Assembly: GCA_965197475.1 (NCBI GenBank)
Contig: CBDANF010000003.1
Location: 3,104,001 to 3,168,000, forward strand
Source: Candidatus Poribacteria bacterium
Lineage (GTDB): Bacteria; Poribacteria; WGA-4E; WGA-3G
Direction: 5' to 3'
DNA length: 64,000 bases
Shown: piece by piece, positions 10,129 to 20,208 of the stretch
Layout: each line of letters begins with the position of its first letter
Numbering within the stretch: the first letter of the stretch is position 1
The notes under the pieces: generated by a model
The model's database searches: none
What the model saw: only the letters and a program-made list of their open reading frames with translations
What the model was told of the DNA's origin: nothing
Made by a program: the position numbers and the translations under genes

Positions 10129-13100
10129 AATGTGTAAATCGGGTCTCAACAATACACCGAAACCCTGTTCTGTTTGGTCGGTTAAGGGACGTATACATTG
10201 TGCTCTTATTCTAATGCTACTCTGTTTTCTTACCGTTAAATCCGTTTTCGCACAAATTACAGATATCTCTCAACCTCAGAATAAATCTCCAGCAATCTTA
10301 CAACGAGAAAAAGTTGTTAAAATTGAGTACCTAATTGACGAACTGCCTGTGACAAACAACGAAACTCTCAATACACTGAAAAGATTGACGTACATAACAG
10401 TGGGTTCACAGTTTTCGCGTTATGCTGTGCAACGTAGCGTTATTTCGCTTTATTCGTTACAACAGTTCTCTCAGGTCAACGTTTACACATTAGAAACACA
10501 CGGGGGAATTGCGCTCAAATTTGACTTAGAAAATGTAATGCGCATCCAGAAAATTGATATTCGCGGTGTACTCTCTAATGAACTCAGGAGGAATATCAGC
10601 ACTGTTATAAGACTCAAACCTGGGGAAATGTATGTCCCCGTAATTGAGAAAAAAGATGTCGATTCTATCAAAGCAGTATGTGCTGATAACGGTTATTTTC
10701 GCGCAGATGTTAGTGTCAATGCAATTGCCAGTGACAGAAGTTTAACATATCAGATCAACTTGAGAAATCCTACGGTTATCAAAAAATTTCAAATTCACGG
10801 AACTACTGCAATATTCTCAGAACACATCAAAGAAATATGTCAACCCCGTGTCGGAAAAGTATATCGCAGATCTGATGTTGATGAAGATATTGCGGCAATT
10901 CGCGACCTTTATAGAAAAAAGTACTATCCGAGTCCTAAAATTAAACCTAACTTTTACCCCCAATCCGGTGTGCTGACACTCGAAATAAATGAAGGTATAC
11001 AACTCTTGCTTGATTATGTGGATGAGAACGGAAAACCAATTATTCACGACTCTCCTATTCGCAATTTTCTGGCAAAATTAGGCATAAACAGACAAGAGTC
11101 AGAAAAAGATCAACTCAGAAACAAAATAACATCTTTAATCAATGATCAATCTCGATGGGTGCAGACTGTAGAGAGGCACTTTGCAGCAAAGGGATATGAT
11201 GGGACAAAAGTTGATTTAGAAAAATTAACCAATTCTCCTCTCCATGTAAAATTTATTATTAAGCCGGGCACGAGATACATTGTGACTAAAGTTGAATTCA
11301 CCGGCAATGAGGCGTTTCCAGCAAAAGATTTGCTTCGAGAGATGGAGACCATACCTGTCAATTTTTTCTCTCGACATATTAGGAGACGTTTTTTTTCAGA
11401 GCTTACGCTTGAAAGAGATAAGAGAATCTTGAAAATTTTGTATGAAAAAGCTGGTTATCGTGGAGTACTTATAAAACAAGATATTGTGAAACAAAACGCT
11501 AATAATCGGAATGTTGGAGAAATCTCTATAAACCTTACATTTTCTGAACCCTACAAAGAAATTATTTACCGATGTCATTTTATCGGAAACAGTATTCTTG
11601 ACACGACTACTCTCTTTGAAGCTTTGCCAAGTCCACTCCCGGTCCCAAATGCGCTGTTGGTCCAAAAAAATTATGAGAACGCAATACTTAAAGCATATCA
11701 AGATCGCGGTTACTTTTTTGCTAAGATCAAAAACACATATTTTCTACAAAAAACGGACACTCCAGTTTTTCAGGTGAAGGGCAATTTTGCGAAACAATTG
11801 GATGCTGGTACACTACCTAAGAAATTAAGTGATACATTTAGAAAACACAATTTACCACTTGCCGGAACATTTATTGCTACTAAAATAGGTGAAGAGTGGA
11901 TTATCCAGGATACTGATGGTAACGCTCGTTATACGCTCAAGCAGGAAAAGGAACAACTTGCTGTATTTGAACATGGCATCCTACATTTAGAGATAGATGA
12001 GGGAAACCAAGTAGTGTTCGGCAATTTTCATTTTGCTGGCGACATTGGTGTTAAACAAAACATTCTCAAACGCGAGGTGGCACACCTGCCAGGCACCCTC
12101 TTTACGCTTGAAAAGTTGAGTCGGGCTACCCAAAATCTCTATAATACAGGAATTTTTGAACCTGGAATCCGCGCGGGACCGGTAGTGCCAACAGTCCTTG
12201 AAGAACAACCAAGTAATTTTGATACAAACAGTTCATCAATTCATTCTTCACCGCAACCAATAGCCAAAGATGTTGAAATCCGACTCCAAAAACGGAAACC
12301 AGGCGCATACGGTGCAAGTGCCGGTGCAAGTTCTTCAGACGGCCTACGCGGCACAATTGCGCTGAGTCATCGTAACCTCTTTAAACGAAATGTTCGATTC
12401 AGATTACGGGGCAGATGGGGAACACGCGGTTATCTATACGATACAACCCTAACTGAACCTTGGCTCATAGGTAGAATAAGCGGTAGTTTACAGTTTTTGG
12501 GAAGGAAATTGGAAGAAGACGATGACGTTCGGGCACTGCAAGGAAGTTTTATACTCAGTAGAAAGTTACCTGGGGCACATCGCCTGAATTTAGAATACAG
12601 CTATCGTGATTTAAAAGATACCTCTGAAACAATAGATACCGCGATAGTCCCTTTAATTCCAAACCCGTCAACAACTGTCAGTAGTCTACGTTTTTTATGG
12701 AGACAAGACAGTCGGTTTCCATCTTTAAACCCAACATCAGGTATGTTAAACGAGGCTACAGTCGAAGTTGCAGGAGGTGTTTTAGGTGGGAAAAGCAGCT
12801 TTTACAAAATAACAGCAGATACTCGCTATCACAAAAAACTAAACGAGCGCGGACTTGTGTTAGCAACAGCACTCCGATTCGGTTACACCCCAGGTCTCCA
12901 AACTAAAGCGAACAGCAAGGCAGAATTAATTTCCTTTGAACGATTTTGGGCAGGAGGCAGCACAACAGTCCGCGGATATGAGGAGAGAGGATTGGGACCT
13001 GAGGATATCACCCGCAAACACCGTGGCAACGTTCAATTTATCTTTAATACTGAATTACGTTTCCCAATTTTTGACCCAATTCAAGGTATTCTCTTCTTCG

Positions 13101-13285
13101 ATTCAGGAAATGTTTGGGACACTTGGGAGGACATTCAGTATGACTGGCTGCCTTCCGCTTTAGGTGTTGGTCTACGATTAAACTGGGGACCTTTCAGCTT
13201 TGGAATTGATTATGCCGTACCGCTTATCTCAGTCCCGGAGGTCCCGATAAATTCATTATTTTTTCGTGTAGGCAGTACGTTTTAG
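10100..13285 (+). CDS. BamA/TamA (Omp85) family outer membrane protein with POTRA domains (start may be ATG 10130)
   Basis: POTRA 'Y..KGY' units, ERFWAGGSTTVRGY motif, terminal Phe. Confidence 0.9.
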   Translation: MFNCWRAVSKMCKSGLNNTPKPCSVWSVKGRIHCALILMLLCFLTVKSVFAQITDISQPQNKSPAILQREKVVKIEYLIDELPVTNNETLNTLKRLTYITVGSQFSRYAVQRSVISLYSLQQFSQVNVYTLETHGGIALKFDLENVMRIQKIDIRGVLSNELRRNISTVIRLKPGEMYVPVIEKKDVDSIKAVCADNGYFRADVSVNAIASDRSLTYQINLRNPTVIKKFQIHGTTAIFSEHIKEICQPRVGKVYRRSDVDEDIAAIRDLYRKKYYPSPKIKPNFYPQSGVLTLEINEGIQLLLDYVDENGKPIIHDSPIRNFLAKLGINRQESEKDQLRNKITSLINDQSRWVQTVERHFAAKGYDGTKVDLEKLTNSPLHVKFIIKPGTRYIVTKVEFTGNEAFPAKDLLREMETIPVNFFSRHIRRRFFSELTLERDKRILKILYEKAGYRGVLIKQDIVKQNANNRNVGEISINLTFSEPYKEIIYRCHFIGNSILDTTTLFEALPSPLPVPNALLVQKNYENAILKAYQDRGYFFAKIKNTYFLQKTDTPVFQVKGNFAKQLDAGTLPKKLSDTFRKHNLPLAGTFIATKIGEEWIIQDTDGNARYTLKQEKEQLAVFEHGILHLEIDEGNQVVFGNFHFAGDIGVKQNILKREVAHLPGTLFTLEKLSRATQNLYNTGIFEPGIRAGPVVPTVLEEQPSNFDTNSSSIHSSPQPIAKDVEIRLQKRKPGAYGASAGASSSDGLRGTIALSHRNLFKRNVRFRLRGRWGTRGYLYDTTLTEPWLIGRISGSLQFLGRKLEEDDDVRALQGSFILSRKLPGAHRLNLEYSYRDLKDTSETIDTAIVPLIPNPSTTVSSLRFLWRQDSRFPSLNPTSGMLNEATVEVAGGVLGGKSSFYKITADTRYHKKLNERGLVLATALRFGYTPGLQTKANSKAELISFERFWAGGSTTVRGYEERGLGPEDITRKHRGNVQFIFNTELRFPIFDPIQGILFFDSGNVWDTWEDIQYDWLPSALGVGLRLNWGPFSFGIDYAVPLISVPEVPINSLFFRVGSTF

Positions 13286-13295
13286 AAATCATGGA

Positions 13296-14240
13296 CTATT
13301 CCGATTGGTCATAAGGTCTTCCCAATGCCAGTGGTGCCTCTGCCCTACCTACAAAACCTGCCAGTACCGCTAAACAAAGCACAAAAGGCAACATCAAAAA
13401 CCACTGATATTGGATCCCCAACCCAGATGCCTGAAACCGATTATCCAGTGCAAATCCGAAACCGAAAAGTAGTGCGGCACCACAGGCTTTCACGGGATGC
13501 CACTTGCCGAAAATTACAATAGCCAACGCAATAAAACCTCGCCCAGATGTCATTCCGGGTGTGAAGTAAGGCACATCTGCAAGCGACAAATAACCTCCAC
13601 CTATCCCCGCCATAGTTCCTGCAAACAACAGACACATCGTCCGCAAAAGTGACACGTTTGAGCCAACAGTAGAAATCGCTTTCGGATGTTCCCCACAAGC
13701 TCGAACCCGTAGTCCCTGTTGTGTGTGGTAAAGGAAGAAGTAAACACACGGCACAAGTAGAAAAGTCAGAAAGACAATGACATTGTGTGAAAATAGTGCC
13801 TTCCCGAATAGTGGAATCTCTGAGAGGAATGGTACATCAATTTGTTTGAAATATGGAACGCTCTGCGGACTACCAGTTTTCCCAAATAGTCGCTGATATA
13901 CTACTTGTGTGAATCCTAACGCTAACAGTGTCACCGCTGTGCCGATGACAATCTGGTCTCCACGCTGTCTTACCGCTAAAAACGCGAAGAGGGCAGCGGT
14001 CATCAGTCCCCCTAACCCCGCTACCAAAATGCCGATCCACGGTGCCAAAAACGGCAGTCCAGCAGTATAAAATGACGCAACCATTCCAAAAAGAGCACCG
14101 ATAAGCATCATGCCTTCAATGCCAATGTTAATGACACCAGCACGTTGTGCAATCACTTCTCCTAATGCAGCAAGCAAAAGAGGTGTTGCTCCACGGATCG
14201 TAGCAGCGAGGATATCTTCAAACATCTCTATAATGTCCAC
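13296..14240 (-). CDS. ABC transporter permease (nucleoside/simple sugar type)
   Basis: PLLLAALGE..RAGVINIGIEG, GLRVRACGEHP, GRGFIALA. Confidence 0.92.
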   Translation of the reverse strand: MDIIEMFEDILAATIRGATPLLLAALGEVIAQRAGVINIGIEGMMLIGALFGMVASFYTAGLPFLAPWIGILVAGLGGLMTAALFAFLAVRQRGDQIVIGTAVTLLALGFTQVVYQRLFGKTGSPQSVPYFKQIDVPFLSEIPLFGKALFSHNVIVFLTFLLVPCVYFFLYHTQQGLRVRACGEHPKAISTVGSNVSLLRTMCLLFAGTMAGIGGGYLSLADVPYFTPGMTSGRGFIALAIVIFGKWHPVKACGAALLFGFGFALDNRFQASGLGIQYQWFLMLPFVLCLAVLAGFVGRAEAPLALGRPYDQSE

Positions 14241-14288
14241 TCCTTCTCTTCATCTATAATCATTTCAATCAACCGAATTTCGTATACC

Positions 14289-15389
14289 CTACAACGCTCT
14301 TTTACGAAGAAATTTAAAAGAACTTGATCCAACAACAAAAAGAAGAATTATTGCTTGCATCATCAAAGTCACCTTGCTGGAGATGCCGACTTCCGCCTCC
14401 ATAGCAAACGAACCCCTCGTTAGTGCGCCAAACAACAGTGCTGTCCCAACCGTTCCGAGTGGATGCAATTTCGCCAATAGAGCAACTGCAATAGCCGTAT
14501 AGCCGTATCCTGGTGAAAACTGTTTGGTAAGCCGAGGGGCGAGTGCCATGAGTTCAATTGCCCCGCCGAGCCCAGCGAGTGCTCCACTAATAAAAAAGAC
14601 GCGCAGCGTGTTATATGTAATTGAAATTCCTGCGGCCTCTGCCGCTGCTGCTCCTTCACCTACGGCACGGAGCTGATATCCAAACGTAGTACGAAACAGA
14701 ACGAATGTTAAGACAACAGCCAATAAAACTGCGATACCGATACCGGGATGAATTCGATGTGATTCGAAAAGACGTGGCAACTCCACCCATTTGACGATCG
14801 GGTCACTCTGCGGACCGGTTTTGGATGCCTCCTGCAATGGACCGCCATCTACCATTAGGCTGACAAATTGAATTGCAACATAATTCAACATAATTGTGCT
14901 TATAACTTCGTTGACACCACGTTTTATCTTGAGTACCGCTGGGAAAACACCCCACATACCACCTGCAAGCACTGCAATGCTGAGACAAAGTGGTACCCCT
15001 ATCCAAGAGGTGCTGGGCAGGAATGTTGCTATCTTCGTTCCGAACCATGTTGCCGCCAATGCACCTACGAGAAACTGCCCCTCAGCACCGATATTCCATA
15101 TTCCGCACCGAAACGCCATCGCGACAGAAAGCCCGGTCATTAGAAAAGGGGTGCTTTTTACTAACGTTTCACCTACCCCACGTAGAGAACCGAATGTCAC
15201 TATAAAAGCTTCTTTGTATGCCTCTATTGGATTATAGCCAAACAATAATATAATGATGCCGTTTGTTATGAACGCGCTCGCTAAAATCAGGTTCGGCACC
15301 ACCACCCATTGGAAAAAGCTGGGATATTTTTCCATCGTGCTGAAACTTATGGATTTCGCTTTACGATATATTTCAGGAAAATTATGCAT
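14289..15389 (-). CDS. ABC transporter permease (nucleoside/simple sugar type)
   Basis: NIGAEGQ, NEVISTIMLNY, GYQLRAVG, GYGYTAIAVALL. Confidence 0.92.
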   Translation of the reverse strand: MHNFPEIYRKAKSISFSTMEKYPSFFQWVVVPNLILASAFITNGIIILLFGYNPIEAYKEAFIVTFGSLRGVGETLVKSTPFLMTGLSVAMAFRCGIWNIGAEGQFLVGALAATWFGTKIATFLPSTSWIGVPLCLSIAVLAGGMWGVFPAVLKIKRGVNEVISTIMLNYVAIQFVSLMVDGGPLQEASKTGPQSDPIVKWVELPRLFESHRIHPGIGIAVLLAVVLTFVLFRTTFGYQLRAVGEGAAAAEAAGISITYNTLRVFFISGALAGLGGAIELMALAPRLTKQFSPGYGYTAIAVALLAKLHPLGTVGTALLFGALTRGSFAMEAEVGISSKVTLMMQAIILLFVVGSSSFKFLRKRAL

Positions 15390-16977
15390 CTGTATCCGTT
15401 TCTCCCATCATTAATAATCCCAATGCTTCAATATTATTACGGTGGGTAGTGGCATCAATTAGTCTTCCTCTTGACATCACGTAGAGTCTATCACTTATCT
15501 GTAAGACTTCGTCTAACTCTGTTGAAATCAAGAGTACAGATTTTTTTCGGTCGCGCTGTGCAAGTAAATTCTGATGCACATATTGTGCAGCACTGACATC
15601 TAATCCACGTGTAGGGTTAACCGCAACAAGCAGCTCAGGTTGCGGTGAAATTTCTCTTGCGAGAACAATTTTCTGTTGATTTCCACCTGAAAGTGCTGAG
15701 GCAGGCGTATTGACGGAAGGTGGGCGAATGTCGTAAGCTTCAATAAGTTGCATCGCTGCCTCATTTTTTGCTTTCTGATCTAATATTCCCCATTTTGCCA
15801 CATGTTCAAAATGCGTTATGTTCAACATCAGATTGTCGGCTGTAGAAAACGAAGTAATTATACCCATAGTCCGCCTATCTTCAGGAATGTAACCGACACC
15901 ACACCGACGGATGTTTTTTGTTCCCACAGGTTGCATACCTAAAACCTCTACCGTTCCAGAAGCAGTAGGACGCAATCCCATAATTGCTTCTGCCAATTCA
16001 CGTTGACCGTTTCCATCCACCCCTGCTATCCCGACAATCTCACCACGATATGTTTCAATAGAGACATCTTCAACTGCGATTTCGTTTCGGGCTCCCAATA
16101 CTGTCAATCCTGAGATATTTAGCACTTTGTGAGTTGTTGCTTTGTTCTCTTTCCGTTCTACCTCCGATATTTCCTCACCAAGCATCTCTCTGGCAAGTCC
16201 ACGAGCAGAAAGTTCGCCTGTCTTCCCGTGATATACTTTTTTGCCACGTCTCAAAACCGTAATCCTATCGCTGATTTCTAATACCTCTTTCATTTTGTGG
16301 CTAATAAAAATGATTGAGCGATTATCAGCTTGTAAGGCACGCAGAATCGTAAAAAAATCGGTAACCTCTTGTGGACTCAGCACTGCTGTCGGTTCATCAA
16401 GTATCAGAATGCGGGCATCAACTGCAAGTGCCTTTAGAATTTCAACCCGCTGTTTTAATCCCACTGAGAGCGTGCGTACAAGCGCACTTGGATCAACTGC
16501 CAGACCGAATCTCTGTGAAAGTACTTCGGTGATCCGGATTGCTTCATCTTTTTTATACCGAAACTTGCTGAGTTTTATGGGGTTTCCGTTTTCTTTAGGT
16601 GAGGATTCCAAGTCAGGTTCAACAGAGTCTGTTGTCCCATCTCTTGAACTAAATTGCGCGACAGTGAGTGCTATATTTTCAGCGACAGTGAGATTCTCGA
16701 TTAACATAAAATGTTGATGCACCATGCCGATGCCGTTGACAATCGCATCACGCGGGGATCTGAAAATTTTTGATTTGCCAGAGATATGGATGCTCCCACC
16801 TGAGGGTTGGTAAAGTCCGTAGATGAGGTTCATTAGGGTGGATTTTCCTGCACCGTTCTCCCCTAAAATCGCGTGGATTTCACCGGCTTGCAGTTCAAAA
16901 TCTACATTGTCAACTGCGACAAGGTCACCGAATGTCTTCGTAATGTTTTGAAGTTCAAGAACGTTTTCTGTTTCCAT
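15382..16977 (-). CDS. ABC transporter ATP-binding protein, two NBDs
   Basis: GENGAGKST, ILDEPT, LSGGNQQK, PTRGLDV. Confidence 0.95.
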   Translation of the reverse strand: METENVLELQNITKTFGDLVAVDNVDFELQAGEIHAILGENGAGKSTLMNLIYGLYQPSGGSIHISGKSKIFRSPRDAIVNGIGMVHQHFMLIENLTVAENIALTVAQFSSRDGTTDSVEPDLESSPKENGNPIKLSKFRYKKDEAIRITEVLSQRFGLAVDPSALVRTLSVGLKQRVEILKALAVDARILILDEPTAVLSPQEVTDFFTILRALQADNRSIIFISHKMKEVLEISDRITVLRRGKKVYHGKTGELSARGLAREMLGEEISEVERKENKATTHKVLNISGLTVLGARNEIAVEDVSIETYRGEIVGIAGVDGNGQRELAEAIMGLRPTASGTVEVLGMQPVGTKNIRRCGVGYIPEDRRTMGIITSFSTADNLMLNITHFEHVAKWGILDQKAKNEAAMQLIEAYDIRPPSVNTPASALSGGNQQKIVLAREISPQPELLVAVNPTRGLDVSAAQYVHQNLLAQRDRKKSVLLISTELDEVLQISDRLYVMSRGRLIDATTHRNNIEALGLLMMGETDTDA

Positions 16978-17826
16978 CTACATCGCACACCACTTCTCAG
17001 CTCTGGCAGTTGTCAATTCACCATCGTAAGCAACAAACCGAAGGGAGATCTTCCATGTCTCATTTGCTTGCGTTGAAACTGGACCTGTCTGTGTCGGGTT
17101 ATAGAGTGCCATACCGTAATCCCGAATGAACCACGGACCGCGAACATCTTCATCAAGAATTGTCATAAAGACACCAAAATGCCCATGCCCTGTAAGTTGG
17201 TTTTGGTATGCCACAAAGTCCGATATACCTTGGAGAGCTTCAACTTTACCTCTGCGATTGTTATCACCGATAACAACGCCTCCCATGACAGGTAAAAGTC
17301 TCGGTTCAACACGCATACCGATGCTCCCGTACTTGGTTTGCGGATATTCAACGGCACCGTAGGCAGCCATCTTTTCACTTGTCATGTCGCAAACTGTAGC
17401 ATCAGCAAGGGAGTATAGATTGACAGCGCGAATTTCGTCAATCAAAGGCTCTTCGTTGGTATCGCGCCAGATAATCTTCTGAACGAATTGAACGCCATCT
17501 GCATGTGGTGCTATGTCAATTTCTTTCCCCGTTTCCATACGTCCCAAATTCTCAAAGAGTCTGTCTGTAAAGGAACGCCGTGGCGGTGCTCCCCAAAACC
17601 ATGCTTCTCGGTCTCCAATCTTCACAGGTGCTTGCCCAACAAAGATGCCATTGTGAAATGGATGATCAAAAGCAAATTCTTGAATAACAGTATGTCCAGC
17701 AGGCGTATAGAATGGAAAGACAAAGGGACGGTAAAAGTTTGCACCAATCCCTCCTAAACAACGTCCCGTATCGGTGTCAACAACCAAATGTGTTTTAGCA
17801 TTAACTATTACTTCAAATGTACTCAT
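16978..17826 (-). CDS. PmoA-like/DUF6807-type hypothetical protein
   Basis: RPFVFP..TPAG, DHPFHNGIF, WFIRDYG motifs resemble this family. Confidence 0.65.
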   Translation of the reverse strand: MSTFEVIVNAKTHLVVDTDTGRCLGGIGANFYRPFVFPFYTPAGHTVIQEFAFDHPFHNGIFVGQAPVKIGDREAWFWGAPPRRSFTDRLFENLGRMETGKEIDIAPHADGVQFVQKIIWRDTNEEPLIDEIRAVNLYSLADATVCDMTSEKMAAYGAVEYPQTKYGSIGMRVEPRLLPVMGGVVIGDNNRRGKVEALQGISDFVAYQNQLTGHGHFGVFMTILDEDVRGPWFIRDYGMALYNPTQTGPVSTQANETWKISLRFVAYDGELTTARAEKWCAM

Positions 17827-17921
17827 TATTCACCAAATTTTAAATTTTATACATATTGTATAGAAGCATATTCTAATTTTGCCCTATTTGCTTGTGTCAA
17901 GCAAATAGGGTGTGACGTTCT

Positions 17922-20117
17922 TCAATTGAGATGTTTTTCAAACCAACCGATGATCCGTTCCCAGCAATCGGCTTGCTGTTCGGATTGCCAACTAAGTGGA
18001 TGATGGCCTTCTCCCCTGTACCAGGCAAAAGTCGCTTCCTTCTTAAGTCTACGTAATCCAGAAAAAAGTTCTCCAGATTGCGCATAGTCAAAACCGCCAA
18101 AACCTTCTCCACAATAAATAAATAACGGTGTTTCAACCTTATCCAAATGAAATATGGGCGAATTGTCAATATATCGCTGGTGTTGTTGCCAGAGCGAACC
18201 GCGCATACGTCCCTGTCCCTCTTCTGCCCAACCAATGCGGTTACTATGTCCCTCTTTAGAAAGTTGCCCGTAAAAGCTAGTCAAATTGTAGAGACCGCCG
18301 CCGCAAGATGCTGCTTTGAAACGGGTGGTTTGCGTTATCACTCCCACTGTACTGTATCCACCGTAACTGAATCCCATTATTCCCAAACGATTTGGATCGG
18401 CGATACCCATTTCAATTACTTCGTCTACGACCGATAGCACGAATCCAGACATATCTTTTAACGATTCGTTGGATTCAGGCGGCATATCAACACCGAGTAT
18501 TGCAAAACCTTGTGCTGCAAGCAGTTGAAAGTTAATCTCTGTCCTCCGTTGGAACCCAAAACTATAAGCATACCTTGATAAGTTGTCTCCGGGATAGACC
18601 CATGTAATTAAAGGATAACACTTTCCTGCCTCGTAGTTGGCTGGCAGCATCAAAACATGACGGAAACATTGACCTTCCACTGTTTCTGATTTGATGAGAC
18701 GGATTTCACCAAAGTCTAAATTATATAGATGTGGATTGAGCTCAGTAACTTGATGTCGTTTTCCCGTGACTATATCGAATGTCCAGATTTCTTCTGATCG
18801 AGTCGTATCTTCTGATCTATATACAATCTGTGTGCCATCACCCACAACCTCAAAATCATCAAGAATTGACCAAGGATGGAATAGATGAATAGGCTCCTCA
18901 AACAGACAGGTAGCACGTGCTTCAGCAGTGTTTATCGAATAAAAACCATCTTTTCTCGTTTCTGGATCATGGGTTTGGATACAGATAGCTCGTTCTTCGC
19001 TTGATTGCCAAACGGCATGTGTCCTCACTTTCGCTATGATGCAAACGATGTCTCGATTCAAGCCTTCTGTAAGTTTCCGCGCATTGCTTCCGTCTGATGC
19101 AATCTCCCACACATGTCCATCAAAACCGCAGAAAACCGAGTTTCCTGATGCGTTCCATAATGGTCGTGTGAAAAACCGAGGGTTCTCTGCAAAATTCTCG
19201 GTAAGGTTTTTCTGTTCATCGCCCTGTGTTGATGTCAAAAAGAGACCATCCGGGTGAGCAAATACCAGCTGCTCAGCATCTGGTGCCCAACTCACGACTC
19301 TTGCTCCATGTCTTATTTTTGTCGCCAAGCGTCGTATTGGTGTTCCATCTAAAGGTACTAATAACAACTCAAAAAGGGTTGCCTGAGATGTCAATTTTTC
19401 CGGTCCTATCAAGTTCATCACCGCAACTGTAGTGTTATTCGGAGAAAGGGACATGTCTAATGCATGTAATCCCCGCATCAAAATCGATACGTCACCAGTC
19501 TCAAAGTCGAAAACCGCTAAATCCGCCTTGAGATATGCGACTGAATTTAGTTTCTTCTTTGAAGAAAACTGTTCATCTGTTTCAGTCTGCCAGACATTTA
19601 TAGCTTGTCCCTCAGAATCAGGAGAAATAATTGTGGAAATATCCATATCTTCTGGCCGTAATCTTGTAATGAGTTGTTTTCCATCTGATGTCCACTGTGG
19701 TGCTTCAAAACCGTATACTGGACAAATCGGTTTTTCGCTAATTCGCCACTGTTTATTTTCAATTTTATCCCAAACCCAAAGTTGCGGAGCACCCATTCGG
19801 TCAGAGCAAAATGCGACATAGCGTCCATCTGGTGACCACCTTGGTGCCCAGTCAACTCCCACATCTGAACCAAGCTTGTAAGACTCCTTTGTCCTGATAT
19901 TGGCAACCCAGACCTCATTACAATGAGCATGAACGGGTGCGCCAGTAGAAAGAAATCCTGAGAATTCTGTGGTTTTCTGTTCAGATGGTGACTTTCGATT
20001 GGGATCCTTCACGACATAGGCAAGCCACTCACCATCTGACGAAAGCTGCAATACCGAAAGTAATGAAAAAGACTTCATTTCCTGTACATCTGAAATGGTT
20101 AATGTATTGTGAGCCAT
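17922..20117 (-). CDS. S9 family peptidase (beta-propeller + alpha/beta hydrolase)
   Basis: WSPDG propeller repeats, GFSYGG nucleophile, C-terminal GEGH. Confidence 0.92.
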   Translation of the reverse strand: MAHNTLTISDVQEMKSFSLLSVLQLSSDGEWLAYVVKDPNRKSPSEQKTTEFSGFLSTGAPVHAHCNEVWVANIRTKESYKLGSDVGVDWAPRWSPDGRYVAFCSDRMGAPQLWVWDKIENKQWRISEKPICPVYGFEAPQWTSDGKQLITRLRPEDMDISTIISPDSEGQAINVWQTETDEQFSSKKKLNSVAYLKADLAVFDFETGDVSILMRGLHALDMSLSPNNTTVAVMNLIGPEKLTSQATLFELLLVPLDGTPIRRLATKIRHGARVVSWAPDAEQLVFAHPDGLFLTSTQGDEQKNLTENFAENPRFFTRPLWNASGNSVFCGFDGHVWEIASDGSNARKLTEGLNRDIVCIIAKVRTHAVWQSSEERAICIQTHDPETRKDGFYSINTAEARATCLFEEPIHLFHPWSILDDFEVVGDGTQIVYRSEDTTRSEEIWTFDIVTGKRHQVTELNPHLYNLDFGEIRLIKSETVEGQCFRHVLMLPANYEAGKCYPLITWVYPGDNLSRYAYSFGFQRRTEINFQLLAAQGFAILGVDMPPESNESLKDMSGFVLSVVDEVIEMGIADPNRLGIMGFSYGGYSTVGVITQTTRFKAASCGGGLYNLTSFYGQLSKEGHSNRIGWAEEGQGRMRGSLWQQHQRYIDNSPIFHLDKVETPLFIYCGEGFGGFDYAQSGELFSGLRRLKKEATFAWYRGEGHHPLSWQSEQQADCWERIIGWFEKHLN

Positions 20118-20208
20118 CTTTTTGCCTCATTTATGTTTTATGTTGCATGACACAAGTCAATCCAATTATTGAAGTGCTACCGTTTATTCAGACCAAAATT
20201 TAGCAAAG

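Noticed and set aside
16975-16980. TAG between the PmoA-like and ABC genes as pyrrolysine or readthrough
   Set aside because: No pyl context; simple abutting genes explain it
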